A DNA stretch of 58,819 nt, filler included, from Sphacelaria rigidula (Eukaryota): NCBI GenBank assembly GCA_964200075.2. It is 10 parts of 10 records of this genome, joined end to end, with 100 filler letters (N's around TTAATTAATTAA, not from the genome) between each part and the next. Parts side by side here need not be neighbours in the genome. Positions count along the whole stretch, not along the records: positions 17,678 to 23,469 come from CAXNAA020024431.1; positions 23,570 to 29,361 come from CAXNAA020024432.1; positions 29,462 to 35,253 come from CAXNAA020024433.1; positions 35,354 to 41,145 come from CAXNAA020024434.1; 6 more parts are not named here. The stretch is one strand, 5' to 3'. The notes beneath the pieces are model-generated. The model was not told the DNA's origin, ran no database searches, and saw only the letters and a list, made by a program, of their open reading frames with translations. The position numbers and the translations under genes were made by a program. Positions 23,217 to 35,883 of this stretch are shown piece after piece. Within the stretch, counting starts at the first letter, position 1. Every line of letters starts with the position of its first letter.

Positions 23217-25108
23217 GTGAAGAGACGGTAGCTGAGCATCAAAATATCAAACTGATTCGGAAAATAAATAATGAATAGTTTTGTTCATCGCTAGCGAGTA
23301 TGCATCGAGCATAACAGAATCATATATGAATTGAGGGCAACCATTGTTTTGTGGTATTGACACACAACTGGCTTCAACATCAGGTAGTCATACTAGGTCG
23401 CCCCGGTGGCTCAGTTGGCCACCCCGAAACCTTCTGACGGTTGGGTCGTGGGTTCAATTCTCGGAGCGANNNNNNNNNNNNNNNNNNNNNNNNNNNNNNN
23501 NNNNNNNNNNNNNTTAATTAATTAANNNNNNNNNNNNNNNNNNNNNNNNNNNNNNNNNNNNNNNNNNNNCGAGACGGAGCACCGACGAGGGGGGGGGGGG
23601 GGTGGCATCATGTACAGAGTAATGTCCAGGTATATACAGGAGGTGAGAATGATACTCGTCTGTGTGCGCTTTCGAAGTACGCCAACAAAAAGATTTCACT
23701 ACCAGGGCGCTGTCTCTAACCACTGGGTCGACAAGAAATACGAAGCGATCGCATGCACGGGTCGGGTCGCGCGTCTCATCGACGTGAGCAGAGTTTTTCC
23801 GCACTATAGAATGCGCAAAGGTGGGTCATCTTGGGGGTCGAAAATCGTTGTGCCGCAGAATCAACGCATGAAAAACGGAACGGGTGTTGCATAGTGCAAC
23901 CCCGCCGTGTGCACATATCGCACGCACCAGCGGCCGCCCTGGGCACACACATTGTTCCACGAAAATCCTCCTACACGTGTCTGTATACTCTTCAAGCTGC
24001 CATACTCCCATTACAGCCGAACCAAGTGATTCTCACCGACCCTTTTCCGGATTGCAAGCGTCCCTTCAGGTATTCCACCACATCTGCCTGTCGCTCCGCG
24101 TCCGATTTCTTCTCCTGAACCGAAGATAAGCGATAGAGAGCGAACCGCAAAGGGTCGCTGGAATGCTTCACATGCGTGTTTCTCGCGACTATCTGCACCC
24201 ATAGAACTAGGTCCCAAACGATGTGAGATTGGTGAGGAACGTGCGAGCTCATATACGCGCCGGACTCCTTGATCTGTCCGGCTGTTGTAGGGTCAAATTT
24301 TCGGGCCCTGTGTTCGTACCAGAACCCACTATGGGCGTAGCACATACGAACGAAAATGCTCTGGGCTGCGTGGCCAGCATAACCGACAGGGGTACCATTC
24401 GTACTTAATGCGTGCCCCGGGCAAGGTCCCCACGTACTCAAGACAAAAGCGTCATGGGGTGACAAAAACAGGGTTCAACACACAGTGCAATGCCGCGTGG
24501 GTACGGACACCACACCAAGAATCCAACATTTTCTGGTAATTTATAATCTCGAAGAAATCATGAATGCTGAGAACGAAGCCCAGGCCAAGAAACATCATGT
24601 TGCACTTTGCATGGACTGGAAATTCTGCACACATCATAGGAACAAAAATGCACCAAATGTCAGCAATAATGATCCACGCCAATTTCACCTTTGCAAGTCA
24701 AAACCCCTACTTGATAGACAGGGAGGACCCTTGCCTCTTGCTTCTCACCGGCTCTTTCGTCACAGCGAATACGCTACTTGCCGAGCTTCCACCTAGCCAT
24801 GGGGAAGAGGCAGCTCCTCCTCCTGAAAAACACCGGCGAGTAACAGACAAGTTTCTTCTTATATATCATGGCCCATGCGCAGGATCTTTTCGTAGGGCAG
24901 TACAGTAATATCGGGCGTGGTACTGCTGTGGCGTGAAGTCAAGCGTACCAACGGTTGCAGATGCAAAAAAAGGGGGAACGTTCGCCACGGGCGTTTCGTA
25001 CTCGGGTTGCAGCCGGCGCACCAAGCGCCACTACAGTTTTTTCCGGCCGCCTGTAAAGCAGCCTCTATAGCGCAACGCGGTGTATCACCACCCGAAAAAT
25101 ACATATTA

Positions 25109-25350
25109 GAGAGTTTCGGAAAATTGTTTTTCGGCTCAGAGTCAGAGTGGAAGAAGGTAGGAGTGGAAACTTTCGAATGTTCAGTGTGCGGTGCCATTCT
25201 ATCTATCCTGGACGCCGCTTTATACCAGGCGGTGTAGACTGGCGTCCAGGATAGATGGAATGGCACCGCACACTCTGAACCTTTAAAACCCAACCCTCTC
25301 AAGTTCTTCCACTCTGACTCTGAGGCGAGAAACTGTTTTCCGAAACTCTC
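25109..25350. mobile_element. Palindromic MITE, TA-flanked (Tc1/mariner-like), same terminal 15 bp as 17111-17314
   Basis: TA|GAGAGTTTCGGAAAA...TTTTCCGAAACTCTC|TA; inner arms GTGTGCGGTGCCATTC.ATCTATCCTGGACGCC/GGCGTCCAGGATAGAT.GAATGGCACCGCACAC. Confidence 0.85.
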
Positions 25351-26455
25351 TATCGGCACTTGTCCGTTCTATCTGCTGCCAACTGTGGGTATGTCGCACG
25401 CTGTAGAACCTCCATTGCCGCGCTCCTGGGATGTCTCGATGCAAGGTGAAGGCTAATGGGAAAATCATCGTGGCATTTTCTACAGTTTGGCGGTGTCGGT
25501 GTCGACCCACTATCAAACCTTGCTTCAAACCAAGCGCAACATGATAATGAACCACCGAAAACACCAGTAATCTCCCCGCCCGGTGCGTGTTGGGGTGCGT
25601 CTGGCTTGTGTCTGTGGCGCTGATGCTGGCAATGAAAAACGGGGTCTGCTGACACTGCTGCTGGAAGTTACCTCATGTACCAAGTCCGCTCCGCCATCGC
25701 ACAAGTAATAAGTGCTTGTTAAATGGGACGACAACACATAACACGACAGGAGCTCGGCCTCCCCTGGATGCTGGATGCCTGCGGAACAGTTTTCATGTTT
25801 TCTTCCTGGTACAGCAGCCTATCAACTCCACAGCAGCGAACTACATGCTAAGACGTACGAGCCTACACATGTAACGGCACTCACCCCCTTGTGATGAGCG
25901 CTGCTCCTGGTGGCTACTCTTGTTGAAGGCGAAGCCATAGCTCATGGTATTCTACCAGTACGCGCAGCAGGTGCTGCTACACGCGTCAGGAGAAGATTCA
26001 ACGTGAAAATTAATCAATCATCAGACGTGATCATCCAAGAATATTCTGGAGGTACTTCCTTCTCTTGCAGGTTTGGCGCCGTACCACGTCGTGGCTTCGG
26101 TTTCTGCCTCGGAGCTTGCGTACACTGCCGATGCAGATGGAGCTGTCTTGGATGCACTATCTCAGACCCGCGGTCACACAGTGAAAAAGTCAGACAAATA
26201 CGAGGGCGTCACATGATTTCTTTTTTGCGTTTACAAAGTGGTGTACCGTGCAGTCGATTTATTTCATGGCCCTATGTTCTGTGTGTGTGATCGAAATAAA
26301 GCACTACTCATTTAAACATTTGCATCATATGAGGAGGAGTATGATCTGCAGGTATCGACTTTTCGGGAAAGTAAATGTATCGGCAATAAAACAAGATGAA
26401 AACTTGTACCAGGGAGACATGCGACACACCGTATTGACATCTCAACCGCTGAACC

Positions 26456-29033
26456 ATGGCTCTCTCGGGGCGGTTGCGAGTGATTGTGACCACTCTGGTT
26501 CCCCTACTGAATCGTTCTGAACGTCTTGCTGCATTTCAAGTCTATAGCCCTCGCCCTGGAAAACCTCCATCGTGCAACACTTACAGCTGCGATCGAGTAC
26601 CAGGTCGCACGAACACCGGCGGCGCAACGGCTACAGGCGACCGGTGCTGCCGTATCTTTCGGTCGTCCCAGCGGCGACCGTTGCAACCATTACAAAGATC
26701 TTTGCGACCGACTTCTACCGCTTCTTCAGCTGGTGGGCAGCTAAGTGGTGATACAAGTAGAGAGAGAGGCGGTGGATCTATTAGGAGAACCGCTGTTTCG
26801 GACGCGAGCGGAGAGGTCGTGGCTGCGGCGGACCAACCGCAGGAAAAGTTAGCTCTGACCATGGAGGATGCTAGGAAGGCGCTGAAATCCTTGTTCGGTC
26901 ACGATGACTTTCGAGACGGTCAGGTGAGTGAAATACGGGAAATGCCGTTGATGTTGAAGGGGCGTTCTGCTTGCGTCTTGACAATGAGGTTTGTGCGGCA
27001 GACGGGACGATCCAGTATGGATCTGTCGATTTTGATACTACCCCCACATACTTGTGAGCTGGATTCGTCGCCCGAAAACCGTCAGTACCTGTTCGGATGG
27101 TTTGATGGTTTCAGGGAGTCCCGAGCGCAGTTACGAACAACTTGAGTTGGATATACGTTTCAAGTGAGCTATCCTGCCCGGTGATGCTAGCTGAAGAAAA
27201 AAATACGATAACATGATTGTTTGATTACTGTTTGTATACGATCGAGTACAGGCGTACGTTGATCTCCCACAAGCGAAGGATCATGACAGGATACCACGCT
27301 GCTCACCCAGCACGCTGTACCAGGCCGAGAAGAGTCGAGGTGTCATCAAAAACTTCTCGCTACTTATTGCATCTCATGGAAACAGGCCGCAGTTGTGACG
27401 AAGCTGATATCAGGGGAATCATGCGCCGCTATTTTCCCCACAGGAGCGGGAAAGTCTATCTGCTATCAATTACCAGGGACGCTGATGGCCGAGAGGGGGC
27501 TAGGGCTTACGTTGGTGGTGTCACCGCTCATCGCTCTCATGAAAGACCAGGTGCAGCTTTCGCCTACAGTATTCAGAGCACGTCTTTGTCTCCGCTGGAA
27601 AGACTGGATGTGCCCGTGTTCTACTGTAACATATCGATGTCGCGACGCAGCTGTCCATCCGACGAGAGATGAGCCTCTTCGTCGATTCTGTGAAGAGATG
27701 AACACGAAAGCCCAGGGTCAGTGCCCCTACGCCGGCAACATCAATTCGAGTGATGTTTGTTCCCGGGATGCTACGAAATCGAACCGCTGGATTATTTGCT
27801 CTTGTCGGCTGATTGCCCTTCCCTCGGAGGGGGAGCCTGTTCGCAAGGGCCCGTTCGTCTTGCCATGGCAACCGCGCATTTTAACCGACCAATTGCCGGC
27901 GACGCTGAAGTACGCCAAAGAGTGTAACACCCACCGTGATATGCTGGCTTCCTGGACGGAGTCGATTCTGTCTCGATGTATTTGACATTTGACCCCTTGA
28001 GAGGGTAACAGCTTTTGTAGGCAGTATAAACGGTGGTGGGAGTGCAGTACAAACAAGGAGAAGGAGTCGTAGCTCTGGGGTGGGTCTACGGGCCGATGTT
28101 GCGTGCGTCTGAAACACCACAGGAAGCTGAAGAGATAAAAAACATCAAATCTCCGGAATGATCTAGGACGGTGCTGTACACGTCAAGCGTCGGCCTCCTT
28201 TTTATTTTAAATTTGTACAGAAACACACTCCCAGTGTGTTGTGGAACGGTATGAATGAGGCGCTTGAGAGAAACGCATCGTGTTGCAAACGTGAAGGTTT
28301 ATAAGGACGGCTCAACCATATGTTGCTCTCGTGTCTCGACTCTCATGGACAGATCCTTTGACCATTGCTCGTGTATGTCCGCACCCTTGCCCGATTTGCT
28401 ATTCCGTCTCGAATGCAACAGACAGATGCCCTTATTGCCGCTGGGGTGCCCTGCGCCAAGCTCGATTCCACGTTAGCAGCGCACGAAATCCGCGAGATTT
28501 ATGAACAGGCGAGCTTGTTCATTTTCTTGGGATTTGTGTAACGACAGGTGCTACGCACGAGGGCAAGGGTGAAAGCTGCCGTTCATGCGCACAACGTTCC
28601 GTTTGGGACATGTTTGTGGATATGTATGTGCATGCAGCGTCTGTGGAGTACGTACCGGTAGCGCCCTCTGTGTGGATGTCGTCGATATCTGGAGCCCTGA
28701 CTGGCCTGCTGTTACGGGACGATCTTTCTCAACGGATATTGCTGGCCCAAGAGCATTTCCGGCCCGTAATCGCTAGCAACGTATATCGTACAGCTCATTA
28801 CAATTCACGCTCCAGATCGTTCTTTCCTTGCGGTGATGCGTTTCCCCTTTTTCGCCGTTTTGCTTGACGTTCTTGTCGTCGTTCCAATTTGCCTCCTACG
28901 TAAGATTCGAGCGGGCGTGATCTCGTTGCTGTATGTGTCCCCTGAGCGGTTCAACAACGAACGTTTCATCCGCGCTCTAAAGGGAGTCAAGGTTGCCCTG
29001 TTTGTGGTGGACGAGGCGCATTGCATTAGCGAG
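26456..29033 (+). CDS. recQ: RecQ-family ATP-dependent DNA helicase, N-terminal part (motifs 0, I, Ia, II); truncated by contig end
   Basis: Exons 26456-26923 ...[15 protein letters not shown]; 27386-27550 [17 protein letters not shown]...[15 protein letters not shown]; 28422-28508 [18 protein letters not shown]; 28905-29033 [14 protein letters not shown]...[12 protein letters not shown]; all phase 0; start codon uncertain. Confidence 0.93.
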
Positions 29034-29654
29034 GTACATGCACTTGTTGGTCTGTTATTGTTAGCGTCTCGTTGGTGTTCAGTTCACCCTGTTTGTTGTC
29101 GTTTGTGTTACTGCATCTTGCCTTCCTTCCGTTCCCTCAAGTAAGTGTTCCTGTTTTGTTCACCTTCGGTACTGTGCGTCTATCTTGTGGATAATGACCA
29201 ATCACGTCTGGATCCATCGAGGATCAGTTGACGTGTAACAATCAATCAATCAATCGATCAATCAATAGCAACAAGACGTTTTTGTTTTGGGGGGGTGTAC
29301 TCATGATCATGCATGCCATAGTCATCAGACCATTGACCTCGCATCCCTACAAAGCTGGGACNNNNNNNNNNNNNNNNNNNNNNNNNNNNNNNNNNNNNNN
29401 NNNNNTTAATTAATTAANNNNNNNNNNNNNNNNNNNNNNNNNNNNNNNNNNNNNNNNNNNNTGGGTGGGTACCCCTTGGACCAGCGGTCCATTTTTTTCT
29501 TTTTTTTGGGCAATCAGGCCGAAGAAATCGTGGATTTGGTGATTCGTAATCGTGATGATTTGCCCTAACCGTGAAAATATACGTACGAGGAAAGGGTGCA
29601 TGCAGGAGGTAACAGGGTGCAACCTTTAGGTAATGCAACGATCGTAACCCTACC

Positions 29655-29733
29655 GCTGCGCCCCGGTGGTGTAAGGGTGAAACTGACACCAGTATGGTGG
29701 GAAGAAGGCGGGTTCGACTCCCGCCAGATGTGG

Positions 29734-29825
<92 letters not shown>

Positions 29826-29850
29826 GCTGCTGCTGCTGTTTGTTTGTTTG
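29655..29850 (+). mobile_element. Short tRNA-like SINE head followed directly by long (TTG)n tail
   Basis: GCCCCGGTGGTGTAAGGG (A-box), GGCGGGTTCGACTCCCGCC (T-arm hairpin with B-box), then (TTG)n/(CTG)n 29733-29838. Confidence 0.65.
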
Positions 29851-31594
29851 ATTTTCAACAGTATTCGATTTCCGTCGTTGAGCACCAGGACGTGAGCAGC
29901 GACAACACGTGACTGAGTACATTCTACGAGAGTTGACGCGGTGCGGGAGCGTTGGTGACGATCCAATTCGCGCGACCACAATGCAAGGCGTGTATCGAGG
30001 GCGAAATGGGATGATACCTTGACACCACGGACTTTACCTGAGGAAGGGGAGGGGTTAAAAATGTTGAAAAAATACGAAAATCTGGGTGAGCGTGTCTGTG
30101 CATACACCACAAATCGGATGGGTGGCTTGTGCGTTCAGATCACCTGCGGAGCATTAGCTGTTTCGCCTCAGTCAAAATAGTCTAGGTGTTTTGAATGTGC
30201 AGTAAAGCACCCTTTCCCACCTTCCGAGCACTTGAAGCGTGTGCGACTCGTACGCAACCATCCTCTTGAAGACTATTTCAGACGCCCTCAAGAAGGATAT
30301 GCCTCTCGGATGCGATAGGAGCGTATGTAAAACCACATAAAACGAAGACTCGGGTATGGTTCAGCGTCAAACGCCCGTATGCTAGGTGAGCCAGATTCTC
30401 TGCAAAAGTGGATACACGATGGTTGCAGCCTTCTCAAAAATCCGCTTCTATACTTCCAAAACTGTAGCTGGTTGGCACTAATTCGACTTCTTGAATATAA
30501 AAAGCACTTCGGGGCGTATACGCTTAATCTATTTGGCTTCAATTTGAATACATTAATCAAGAGATCTTGCGAAAGTAGATCATCCACAAGTTTTTCGGCG
30601 CCCATTTGTGCGACACATATTCTCCAGGGCATGGAAAATATCTTCCAGAGAAAAGTGTGTGATTCCTGTCGGCTGGCTCGAAAGAAACCAAGCGGTCAGG
30701 TACCTTAGGAGAACTCTTACTTTCACAGAATCGAACAGCCTAGAATAATGTCTCAGCAACAAGCAGTTTTTGTTTTCAGGATCATGTATTTGATCGCCTT
30801 GATCTACGATGCTGAAGAACGGTAAACGGCTGGAATTTGGGTGAGAGGGGTGTGACGAAACAGGTAAGGGGAAAACTAGAGGATACCGCCGTCGGTGTTG
30901 GTTTTCTCATAGAAGTGAGCAACTTGCTGTTGACGTTGCTGGAACGTGCAGGAATTCGAATTCTCGGGATTACCGTGAGTGCTTGCTGCTCATTGTAAAG
31001 TTCCAGTCTCAGTCCCATAGAGCATCAGTACGGTTCACCCTACCGTTGTAACGGTTATGCTCTGCTTGGTGACGGTGGTTTCACTCAGCTGTTGTCGTAT
31101 CCCGCTTCGCTTAGTGTTTCAGGTGTGAAGTCAGTGGCATTCCTGTGTGTATTTCCTTGCCTGGTGGAGACTATGTTGACTTGGCCATCGTAGAGCACCT
31201 TCTGAAATGTCCCGGCATCGTGATCCGCGTGGCAATGTGTAACGATAACTCCCGCTATTAGGTACGGCCTGGAAGGGTGCGGGAAAGATCAACGAGGGGT
31301 GTCGTTAGCGAGAGGGGGAACAGGAAGACACATTATTCATGTTTTCCCGCCATTGCGGAATATCGCAAGTCGTAACTTCTCGCAGTCATGTTACTCCTGC
31401 TATTGTTGTTGGATCCTTCATCCCACATTATCGATAGGATGGGATGTAATTGTGAACAAATCGTCACCCACGACCACTCCCACTGCTTCTTCCCGCAACA
31501 TATTTTCTCGGAGAAGTCTTTGCCAATCGTATCCACAGTAACCACCCCTTGCCTTATATGGCTATGTTCTATAGCCTAGTGGGTCAGGTGAAAG

Positions 31595-31770
31595 AGAGGC
31601 GCGTACTCATTCGTTGCTCGCTTCAGTCGTGTGACCATTGACCACGCATCCCTTTCGAGATGGAGCGCCGTTCCTGCTTCTGATAGAGACACCTTCAACA
31701 TTCCGACGCTCATTACGTCTCTTCCATACAGCACACAAAAACCTTTTACATATCTCATCCCCTTCCTGAT
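31595..31770 (-). mobile_element. 3' end of LINE ORF2 (5'-truncated copy); related ends at 48195-48345 (+), 15505-15585 (+), and more distant at 17505-17577 and 29296-29361 (-)
   Basis: Translates GDEICKRFLCAVWKRRNERRNVEGVSIRSRNGAPSRKGCVVNGHTTEASNE*; motif CCATCTCGAAAGGGATGCGTGGTCAATGGTCA recurs. Confidence 0.75.
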
Positions 31771-34700
31771 TCTGTCAGCAACAGCAATTTTTCAACCGAA
31801 CCTTACCCTGTACCGTAGATCTCACGCACTCAAGACGGACAGCACCTCTGCGCTCAACGTGGGAGGCATTGACCAACTGCGTGACGCCAACTTCGCTGAC
31901 TTTTGTTGTTGAAATTAACCTGGTCTGGACTCAACTCCAAGTGTACCCTTATCTCTAGTCCAACCCATCACCGACCTCCAAACCAGTGGCCGCAGGTACA
32001 CGATATATCACGATCACGAGTTCTCTCACGGCCCAGGGCAAAGGCATGGTAAACGTGAGTGTGCAGGATACATCGGTTGTTCTGGCAGCCTTTATATATC
32101 ACCCTGGTTCGACGTATGAAAACCCATACAACTTGTCTATGAGGCTGGACGCCGAGAAATTGCAGATGATGTCGGATACTGCATACTATCAATCACACGT
32201 TCAACCAATCCCAATCGAACATTGAAACGCTCCACCGCAGGAAGTGCACCTGAAAAACTCCCCAACCGTATCCCAATCCCTAACCCCGATTCTAACCTTG
32301 GCCTTCGCAAGCACCTCAACTTCAACTTAACCCCACACATCGATGTGCTAACACCTTCCACACTCCATCTGAAATCGCCTCAACGCCTTCCCCTGATTCC
32401 GCAACTAGTTCTATCCCCAACCATAACCCGAACCCCATATCGAGACAAACGACGCAACGCTGTAATACGGATACCACACCTGATATTGAAGGATTGTAGG
32501 ATCATGCTGGCGTAAGGGGGGGGGTCGATCATGAAGCCTCTTCCATTGATCCACAGAACGTATCCGGAAGTGTTCCTAATGTCGGATAACAAGACGAGCA
32601 CAGTGAGAGCGATCCAATACCAAGCGAACACCAACCGTGCGTGAAATTCAACACTAAAGTTGCAAATGGCTTCAACGATCAGCCAATGGTGGCCCTCTAC
32701 CACCATCACACACACGCACCCCCTGTCGCCGCCGCCACGTTGTTTCTGACACACGCATTCACCACTTTGGATCAAACGCATAATTGTTCCTGAGCAAGTG
32801 TAGTGAAGATCGAGCAACTCTGCGCAGAACCCTGCGCGTCTCATGCTCTAGATATAATTCCCGAGGTACATCTTACGGCGGATAAACGTATATTCCAAGT
32901 AGATCCATGCAATAGTCGTTCTCTGAAACCGCCCGAGTGCTCTCTTTTTTTCTCATTCCAGCTGTTAGGGTCAATCCCATGGATATTTTGCCACACAAAT
33001 AGAGCGATTTAAAAATAGGTGTACCCGTCTCCCACATTTTCCCGCCATTCTGCTCGAAACCCTGAGGTAAGAAATCCGAATCTTACGATCGTAACACCGA
33101 TATCTTGGAATCGTTCCTGTTCGGCCCTTCGTCGAGCCCTCCCCCCCCCCCCTCCCCGTCCTGGGAAGAGGAGCAGATTGATTCTACGCTCTACAGCGTC
33201 AAAGGGTTTCAGAACGCAATTTGCGGTTAGAGATGGGGCGGCAGGAGCCTCTGCCTACGTAGAGATCCCTTGATCGATGCTCATCTAAAGTTGGACAAAT
33301 GTTCAGGAAAACCCGGAAACCTGGTGTACATTCGGGGCGAACTTCATTTTCCCATCTTCAAAACAGTTCATCATCTACTCTGACGTTAAAGTGGGCCCAC
33401 CGGAATTAACGAAATGGTTGGCCAAAACGAACAGAGCAACTCATCCAGGAGGCAGAATCCATGCAGCCCTCCTCTCGGAGCGTAAAACTCCGGCGAAGAG
33501 CCAAGTGCGCACTCTTGGAAGAGAAACGTCGTCCCAGACCACAAGATTCAATCAGAGCCGCGCGAGTGACAACCTCGTCGAATATCATCCGCTAAATCCT
33601 GGCTTTTGGAATCACAGTTGGGGCACGTTCCCCTTGGCAAGCACGACAGCCCCGACTGTCGCTATTACAGAACGAGCGCGCGCTGGGCACGTCCCACAAC
33701 AGCGTTTTCCCACTGCTCACATCTTATGTCAACGACCGCAAAACGTTTCTCCAAGGAGGCTTGCACCACTTCCGCCTGCGTCTCTCCCCTTCTCTATTTC
33801 GTACCGAAACAGTGCGGCATATAGCACGCCAGGACCCGGACCCGACGGGTGAAAACACAAACACACTCACCCCTTCGGGTCGAAGCCGTGGCTGTTCCCG
33901 AGCACGGTAACTCCAAAGGTCGGCGGAATGAATTCTTCCTCGGATTGTCGTGGTTGGAGGGGCATCTCAGCGGGAAGCGGGCACACCATGGACGTAACCG
34001 CTTGCCTGACGCCACGGTACCCCACCATCGCATGGCCCACACCATGTAGACGCATCCTTCCCTCTGCCGTCCCCCACGCCATGCTGCTCCGATATTCTAC
34101 GTCGGCATTTCCACCCCTGCTGGCGCGGCCACCGCCTGCTCTTGCGCATCGGGCAGCGAAACCGAAGTCTTTCAGCGACGAAGAGGTCGATGCTACAGAC
34201 GCGATTCAAATGTACAACGACCGAGTAGAACAATATTTCCGAAACTCTAGCTTCTCACACTCCACGTCTACTTTGCCAGTGTGTTGAAATTCCTTCCGAA
34301 TCGTATCTACATCTCAACTCCATCTCACGTTGACGCGTTGAGCCATTTTGATAACACTTCCCGCCAGGGATTCTCCAGACCCGGCGCAAGAACGTGGGAA
34401 AGAGCCGAGAGTTATCCGGTCCGTGCGGAGAATATAAAGAGGTCTTTTTCAAAACGCTGGGGCTCGCACGGGAAATGTCGCCGAGATTGCACTATGGCTT
34501 TAGTACGGGAATATCCCGTTTCAGAACTTAAACCTAAAATTTGCGGAGTAGTGCAGAATCGTCGTATCCTTCATTTCTTCCTTCGACATCGTGAATCGGT
34601 TGTTAGCCTTTTTCTTTCCGTTGTGTCTCTTGAATGGTTGGGCGCTGGAGAAAAAATTGGCTTGATTTCGTTCATGTGCTACGAGTGTTTGTGCACTCAG

Positions 34701-35189
34701 AGCGCGTGACGCTCTGTACGTTTTCACACCCATCCTGCTGTCATTGCTAGAGGGGGAAAATTCACGGAAAATGACACTCGCTTTTTTCATCTGAGCAGGC
34801 CGTCTCGGGTTCTCGCTTGGCGTAAGTGGCTGCCTCATGCCAGCTATGTGTTCCCTGAGCGTGAAGGAAGGTACTTCACTATTTTATCAAGCATGCCACG
34901 CCCGGGTTCCAACATCGTTCCCGAGGGGACTGAAACGACGTTGTCGCCGAACGTTGTTGAGCATACGAAACCTATCATCGGCATGAGAGCTGTTGTTTTG
35001 ACGCTCATCTTGATCTGGAATTTTGACTCATTTGTTTGGCTTGCACAATCCGCTCCACGTATCTCAAAGTATCCGCATAATTTACGACTTAATATGCTCT
35101 AACGTATATGTGTCTCTGCTCTTTACGCTTGTGTGTTTCAGCGTGTCCACCGTGCAACTGTTACGCTGGCGAACCAGGTATCTGACCCA

Positions 35190-35230
<41 letters not shown>

Positions 35231-35883
35231 CACCAAACGCCAGACGAGGCGGGNNNNNNNNNNNNNNNNNNNNNNNNNNNNNNNNNNNNNNNNNNNNTTA
35301 ATTAATTAANNNNNNNNNNNNNNNNNNNNNNNNNNNNNNNNNNNNNNNNNNNNGGCCCCCTGTTTCTTTTGGTGCGGGGGGGGGGGGGGGGGGGGGGGGG
35401 TGAGTGGGGGTGGGGGGGGGTAACACTGTTGGGACCGTGTCCGGGCTGGCAGGTTCCGGTTCTATACAAAATCCTATATACTCAATGCAGTCAAGCTCAA
35501 CCACAACTTACTGGGTTTCATACTGGGTTGAACGGGGGAAAAGAGTCACTTCACTTGCAGAGTACACCCAACCACAAGCGGCGAGAAACAAGACAGCAGT
35601 CGCGGTCTCGGCAAGTCGTCGTGTCGTATTGTGCTTGAAGTACGCTATGTAAGCGAACATAAACCACTCGATACATTGCTTGATTCAACTTTATCATGAA
35701 TCCTGGCAAACCCAAGCGAGTCAGATAACTACTATTGAGTTTGGCACCCTAACACCAGAACAAGCGGAGCGAAGCACTTTTCGCAAAAACGCGGCGAGAC
35801 TAAAAACTGAAAGCGTCAAAAACGCGGTGGGGGGAAACGGGTTGGTTGAGCTCGGGCAAAACATCGAGGTGGGGGAGGGGGGC

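Noticed and set aside
17678..29361. NCBP1 and RecQ as neighbouring genes or a cluster with CDK and PFDN2
   Set aside because: Each is on a different concatenated contig; no linkage evidence
30288..30708. ORFs incl. QGMENIFQRKVCDSCRLARKKP resembling an integrase CxxC
   Set aside because: No His pair, WP motif or DDE core nearby; insufficient evidence
33000..35190. Several 100-150 aa ORFs
   Set aside because: No recognisable motifs or coherent exon chain
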